Assembly (NCBI GenBank): GCA_964019335.1
Contig: OZ025668.1
Location: 558,001 to 622,000, forward strand
Reading direction: 5' to 3'
DNA from: Diplonema japonicum
Taxonomy: Eukaryota > Protista > Euglenozoa: Diplonemea
Length of the DNA: 64,000 nucleotides
This document shows, one piece after another, positions 58,040-64,000 of this stretch (its first letter is position 1; each line of letters begins with the position of its first letter). The position numbers were made by a program, and so were the translations under genes. Below the pieces are notes generated by a model. That model was not told where the DNA came from, did no database searches, and saw only the letters and a list, made by a program, of their open reading frames with translations.

Positions 58040-58438
58040 AAAGTGAAGCACATAAAAACCCTAATGAAAGGACGAGACATGGTTGAATAAATGAATAAAT
58101 AAAATAATAATAAATAAAATGTAGTCTTTTTTTTTCTTCTTTTTTTTTTTTTTTTGCCCCCACCGAACCTCTGGCCAAAGGCACACCCTTTGGCGAAAGG
58201 CACAGATATGGAGCTGGAAGGAGGTGAACTTTAATCTGTTTCTTTTTCGTTCCTTTTTTTTTTCCCCCCACTTTCTTCTTCTGCTTTTGCAAAGAATCAG
58301 ACGGGCGACCGAGGGGGCTGGATGAATGATCAGTCCATCAGTGGTAACGAAATTTTGATTGCAAGAGTTTAGACTGCTTCTTTTTTTTTTTTTTTCCACA
58401 TTTTTTTCTTTCTCCTTTTTCTGTCAGGAGTTTCCACC

Positions 58439-61400
58439 TCATTCGTGCACAGCAACATCCGAGTCAAATATCTGGGACACACACCCATAACGAGAATGGC
58501 TGTACTTCTTTCTCACTGCGCAGACCTTCAACTTCGGTACCTGTGAGCAGTGTGATAGGTATCCTTCGCATATCCATACCCTCTTCATGTGCTCATCAAG
58601 CAGCTCCACCACTTCATAAAGGTCGCTCTCGTAGTACCTGGAGGCTTCCTGCAGCGCATCGGTCCACACCTCAGGGACACCAAGCACCCTGCGAGAGAGG
58701 AGCACACACGCCGCTGCCTGTGGTGTTGTTTTGTTTGTGAAGTTAGGAAGTATATTACCTGCATCGAGGGTGCAAACCCGCACAGCTTCCCGCACATCTG
58801 CGTTTGCTCCGCTAGGTACTCCGCACTGTACTTCATCGTGTCGTCCGTGTCGTCCAGCTGCGTCAGCTGTGTAAGGAACTGCCAGATCGTCGGCACCGTC
58901 AGGTTGTAGTCAAGTTCCACCAGTACATTCTTCTCCATCTGTGGTTTAGGTTTAAATTTGGTTTTGTCTTTTTTTTTGTGGTTTTCTTCTTTTGTTTATC
59001 ACCCCCCCCTCATTTTTTCTCCGGGTTTCACATTTTTCTCCCATTTCATCATCAGTGGGAAGTCAGATGTAGTTCTCACTCATCCCCAAAAGGGTATGAA
59101 AAAATGAACAATTGTAGGTTATCGTTGTCATCAAGAGGACAGAACGTCGAATGTTTCTCCCGCAGTGTCTTCGGGTGCCTCTCCTCCTTCATGTCCACCA
59201 TTCTATTCTCCCAGTTGCGTAGGGGTGCTCCTTTTGATTTGTTCAAAATAACGGGCGCCAGGGAAGCTCTTGGTGAAGGTACTCTTTTTGTTGTTCATAT
59301 TCCTCCTTGAATGTGTTGCTTCCAGTGCAGTGTGCAGGTAGAGACTAACCGCACTTGGTGATCAACATCCTTGTCTCCACTGTCTTCTCTCAGTGGGTGT
59401 CTGGGCCCCACCTTAACACTTGCCGCCTACAAGTGGTGGCCAGGCAAGCTGACTCGGGTGCCGTGTGTCTAACTAAATAAGCCTGCACTGTCTCGGTGTC
59501 TGTGATGCACCCTCATGTGGCATTTCAAGCCGAAAGAAGGCCTAATTTCCACCTGACGTCTGTTGCACCGCTTGTGCCTGCCCTCTCAGCTCCCACCCTT
59601 TGAACAATCCCAGCCATGTTCTTTCTCCCAACCGTTTAGGGGTTGTCAGGTGCACTGGGAGCACCGCAACCAGGACACAGTTGGTGACAATTCAACACCT
59701 TCCCACATCTCGGGTCGCTACTCCTGCTCGCTCATCTTGTCAGGTGAATTTGCCTTTCTCAGCACTGAAGCCTTTCGAGGAAGGTCTAGGTCCGGACTCG
59801 GAGGGCTTTTGCCTTCCCCCCCACCCACCCACCCCCTTTCTCGTGCTGACCATTAGTTGCCGTTCTCATCAGTGGGAAGTCAGATGTAGTTCTCACTCAT
59901 CCCCAAAAGGGTATGAAAAAATGAACAATTGTAGGTTATCGTTGTCATCCTTAAGAATTGTCTAAATAAACTCGCACTGTCTCCACTGTCTCGGTGTCTG
60001 TGATGCACCCTCATGTGGCATTTCAAGCCGAAAGAAGGCCTAATTTCCACCTGATCCAAATTCTCGACTCTCCAAACATCTCCCAGTTGCGTAGGGGTGC
60101 TCCTTTTGATTTGTTCAAAATAACGGGCGCCAGGGAAGCTCTTGGTGAGGTACTCTTCACTCGAATCTTGAATGTGTTGCTTCCAGTGTGCAGGTAACGA
60201 TTAACCGCACTTGGTGATCAACATCCTTGTTTCTTTTCTTCTTCTTTTTTTTTTTTCAGTCGGTGTCTGGGCCCCACCTTAACACTTGCCGCCTACAAGT
60301 GGTGGCCAGGCAAGCTGACTCGGGTGCCGTGCTCAGGAACCAAGAACACAGTTGGTGGTCTCTCGTCTGCTTCAACATCCACATCTCGGGGAAAAGATCT
60401 CCTGCGAAAGAAGATGCAAAGCTCCCTTCCAGGGTTGTAATACCCCTCCAGTCGTGTCGCTTCTCCTGCTCGCTCATCTTGTCAGGTAATTTGCCTTTCT
60501 CAGCACTGAAGCCTTTCGAGGAAGGTCTAGGTCCAGACTCGGAGGGCTTTTGCATTCCTCCCCCCACCCACCCCTTTCTCGTGCTGACCGTTAGTTGCCG
60601 TTCTCATCAGTGGGAAGTCAGATGTAGTTCTCACTCATCCCCAAAGGGGTATGAAAAAATGAACAATTGTAGGTTATCGTTGTCATCATTAAGAACTTCT
60701 TGATTGTCACCCTTTCCGTCACCCTAGCCTGTTCTAGTTCGATGTTAATCACCCTACGGTGCCACCATTGCAGCACCGGGGCCAGTACCACCAAGCACCT
60801 TTTAAAACAAACCACAACCATGTTCTTTCTCCCAACCGTTTAGGGGTTGTCAGGTGCACTGGGAGCACCGCAACCAGGACACAGTTGGTGACAATTAACG
60901 AGGAAGACCGGTAGCTCTCTCACGGTTGTCTGGACCCATGACTTGATCCAGGTGGCTGTCACAGGGGATTCGATGTGATGTCTAATACAACTAAGCCTGC
61001 ACTGTCTCGGTGTCTGTGATGCACCCTCATGTGGCATTTCAGGCCGAAAGAGGGCCTAATTTCCACCTGATCCATATTCTTGACTCTCCAAACATCTCCC
61101 AGTTGCGTAGGGGTGCTCCTTTTGATTTGTTCAAAGTAACGGGCGCCAGGGAAGCTCTTGGTGAGGTACTCCTTTTGTTGTTCATATTCCTCCTTGAATG
61201 TGTTGCTTCCAGTGCAGTGTGCAGGTAGAGACTAACCACACTTGGTTGTATCCGTTGTCGCTTCTCTCAGTGGGTGTCTGGGCCCCACCTTAACACTTGC
61301 CGCCTACAAGTGGTGGCCAGGCAAGCTGACTCGGGTGCCGTGCTGTCCAACTAAATAAGCCTGCATGCACTGTCTCGGTGTCTGTGATGCACCCTCATGT

Positions 61401-62172
61401 GGCATTTCAGGCCGAAAGAGGGCCTAATTTCCACCTGTGTTGCTTCCTCAATGCACGGGTATGCTGCCCGGGACAAAGTTAGCGGTAGCGGCCACCTGTC
61501 CTTCACCACATCTCGGGGAAAAGATCTCCTGCGAAGGAAGATATAAAGCTCCCTTCCAGGGTTGTAATGCCCCTCCAGTCAAAGTCCCCTCCCCACCCCA
61601 CCCCACCCCACCCCACCCCTCCCGTGAACACACCATGAGCATCTCGTTCCTGGTGTAGGTGTTTGCAGAGATGTGCACGAAGTCGCGCACCTCAGGCGGC
61701 ATCACCTCCTCGTACTTGCAGGCAAGCATCATCGCAACACACCCGATAAGCTGAAGCTTCTTCTTCTCCACAGGCTGTGGTTTCGTGTGTTGTTCTTGAG
61801 TTCCACCCCACCCCTTCTGAAGCATACCTGGCACATGAGGTACCTGTCGAGTATGTTCACCGCGAGGTACATGGTCTCAGGCCTGCACTTGTACTTCAGG
61901 TGGACGTCGACCAACCAGTCGACCAGGATGGCACGCATCTTGTCCGTTACCTCCACTTGGCAGATGGAGAGGTGGTTCTGGTGGATTAGCGTGTGCCCCT
62001 CCTCCCTGTGCAGAAGGTCCATGATGTCATCTACAAAGTCCAGCACGCGGCAGCAGTAGTCCCTAGGCTTCTGGTATTGCTGGCTTAGCACGCTGCCAAA
62101 GAGAGGCTTACTCGTGGAAGGCCCGATGTTCGTGGCGCTGTACGTAATGTCCCCTAAAACTGGTCTCGTCAT
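58439..62172 (-). CDS. Mitotic cyclin, copy 3; introns 61775-61827, 58939-61633, 58718-58758
   Basis: D-box-like RPVLGDIT; near-identical to copy 1 except at the termini. Confidence 0.93.
58939..61633 (-). ncRNA. Intronic snoRNA array in cyclin copy 3 (longest, ~27 modules)
   Basis: 2695-nt intron containing the union of the module series of copies 1 and 2. Confidence 0.88.
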
Positions 62173-62379
62173 CTTTGCAAGTTTATTCGCTCTTTTTTTC
62201 TTTTTTTTTTTCCCCCTTCACTTCCGTATTTTTTTCCTTCCTTTGGTTTCCTCGATTCGGTTTTTTTCTCTTTTTATTTTTATTTTTTTATGTAATCAGA
62301 TGTGTATAAGTTCGTTCTCTTTTAATTGATGAAATACACCCCACAAACCCGTTCCACGACAATATATATATTAAAAGAG

Positions 62380-62415
<36 letters not shown>

Positions 62416-62559
62416 TTTTCAAATATAGAGAGAGGTTTTCAGAGAAGGTATCTTTTCTCTCTTTTTTTTTTCCTTCTTCTTCTTTTCGTTCTTCCGTGGC
62501 CTGTGGAAACAAGGCTCATACAGCTAATATACAAAAAAATGTTTGCCCTCTCCTTCTTT

Positions 62560-63287
62560 CTATTTCTTACTTCTGCGTTCTTTTTCAGCAGACTTGCGGG
62601 ACTTCAGGAAGACTTGCACAGTGGGCCACCAGTCGAGAAACTCACTGAACTCAATCCGGCCTGACTTGTCAGCATCGATCTCATTGAGGATTATCCTCGT
62701 TTCCTGTGTCGTGACGTCATCTGCTCCTAACTTGACTAGGATGCCGTGAAGCTCCTTGCTGTCTAGGGAGCCAGACTTGTCAGCGTCGAATTTATCGAAA
62801 ATGCTTTTGATTTTCGAGCAGTCAGCTGTTCCTGCTCTCTTTTGATTCATCTTCAGCATCTGTAGCTCACTCCTCATACGGGTGTCTAACGATATCTTCT
62901 CTTTGACAAGGTCTTGCAGCTGCTTATTGGACGCGAATTCCTCGATCGATATCACTCCGCTTTGATCGTCGTCGGCTGCCCGCAATACCAAACTGCTCAA
63001 GTCCGCTATCTCACAAGGCTCCACACCATATTTCGGATACACCTGCGGGTTTTGAAAGAAAAAAAAGGGGGGGGGGGAAAGACCTGCAACATCACGTCTT
63101 GCAATTCCTTTATACTCACGGTGCCATCCTTGTCGTGGTCCAGCACCGCGAAGGAATCCACTATCTTTTTTTTTTTTTTTTTTTTTTTAAAGTTTTTTTT
63201 CTTTTTGTTAGGGTTAAAAAAAAAAAAAAAAAAAAAAAAAGAGGAGACACACACCTCCTTCGGTAGCCGTGAAGTCATGGACCCCAT
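62560..63287 (-). CDS. EF-hand calcium-binding protein with N-myristoylation motif; introns 63165-63254 and 63043-63083
   Basis: MGSMTS (MGxxxS); loops DHDKDGTVSIKE, DDDQSGVISIEE, DADKSGSLDSKE, DADKSGRIEFSE. Confidence 0.9.
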
Positions 63288-63393
63288 GTTCGCAGGAGAC
63301 CTGGGCTCTTTTCTTTGTCCCCCCTTTTTTTCCCCCCTTCTTCCCCACCCTTATTTAAAAAAAAATCCGGGGGAAAGAAAAAAAAAAAGAGAA

Positions 63394-64000
63394 AACTCGA
63401 TAAAATTTCAGTGTGCATGGGGGTGCTCACTGTTCAGGTAGAAATTCACACTAATCGGTCACCGTTCTGCGGTTGCTGTCTGGTGCCTGCGGTGGCTGTT
63501 TGTCGCGATGAGATGGACGGCATCTGGGCGAGAAACATTGCTTGGAGTCGTGCTAGGTAGGGGGGGGTTTGGCTCGAGGAGAAGAGTGGTCTCCTGTTGT
63601 AGCCGTGTGCCGTCGGGCCCCCAAGATGTCGAAGGGTATGCACCCTTGATTTGGCATTGGCGGGGAAGGCTGACCTTCCACAGCGTGCCTGGGGAAAGAA
63701 AAAAAAAAATGGGGCTTTGATTGCAACACTAGGTGGCGTTAAGCGTGCAATGAAGCACGAACTACCTACTTGATTACAGGGGGCGCTCCTCGGCCGAGCA
63801 GTAGCTTCTTCTGCGTTCCGCGTCGTGTCCTTAATGCGTGCGGTGTGCTCAACCCTAGCCGGGGTGTCCCGGGTAACCAAGATTCTGCGCTCGTGCAGTT
63901 TGCTGCCTGTTCGTCACCCTGAGCATCTGCGTTACGTTCTTCCACTCGGGCGCTACCGGTGATGACCGACGAGGAGGTCAACAGCGAACAACACATCTGA
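63394..64000 (+). mobile_element. Longer, diverged member of repeat R1, possibly a decayed non-LTR retrotransposon 3' end; runs off the window
   Basis: 63765-64000 matches R1; 63394-63560 matches 34485-34660; weak peptide resemblance to zinc-knuckle/restriction-like endonuclease motifs. Confidence 0.5.

Noticed and set aside
50976-61239. Short ORFs within the arrays
   Set aside because: No domains, frames broken between near-identical copies, and they lie inside introns
39165-61633. Repeat arrays as CRISPR, satellite or transposon
   Set aside because: No constant repeat with unique spacers, no cas genes, TIRs or TSDs; the modules carry snoRNA boxes

Overview
Eukaryotic genomic DNA, most likely a euglenozoan and probably a diplonemid (inference). 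All ~20 credible protein genes lie on the minus strand as one directional cluster. They are separated by long homopolymer-rich spacers and interrupted by tiny (mostly 34-59 nt) GT-AG introns that are A/C-rich rather than pyrimidine-rich. Genes include a receptor-pseudocyclase-MAP3K-type kinase, a C2HC zinc-finger/coiled-coil protein, a tandem SpoVS-like repeat protein, a TBC Rab-GAP, an RppH-like Nudix hydrolase, a RING-CH ligase, a PPR protein, a globin-LamG-pseudolipase fusion, a membrane pseudocyclase, THUMPD1, a P2X-like channel, an EGLN-like hydroxylase, PPIP5K/Vip1, three tandem mitotic cyclins and an EF-hand protein. The main discovery is that the apparent 'complex repeats' at 39.2-41.3 kb and inside the 1.8-2.7 kb second intron of each cyclin gene are polycistronic snoRNA arrays. 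They consist of shuffled ~65-90 nt modules that fold as single-hairpin AGA-box (H/ACA-like) guides plus one box C/D RNA, and several have pockets matching conserved rRNA sites. A transposon-dense patch at 13.3-20.7 kb holds a Sola-like element, a piggyBac with TTAT target duplication, a TIR element carrying a tRNA-like Pol III module and two structurally matching hairpins. A dispersed retroposon-like repeat is also present. All folds, splices and rRNA matches were done by eye against remembered consensus sequences; no searches were run.
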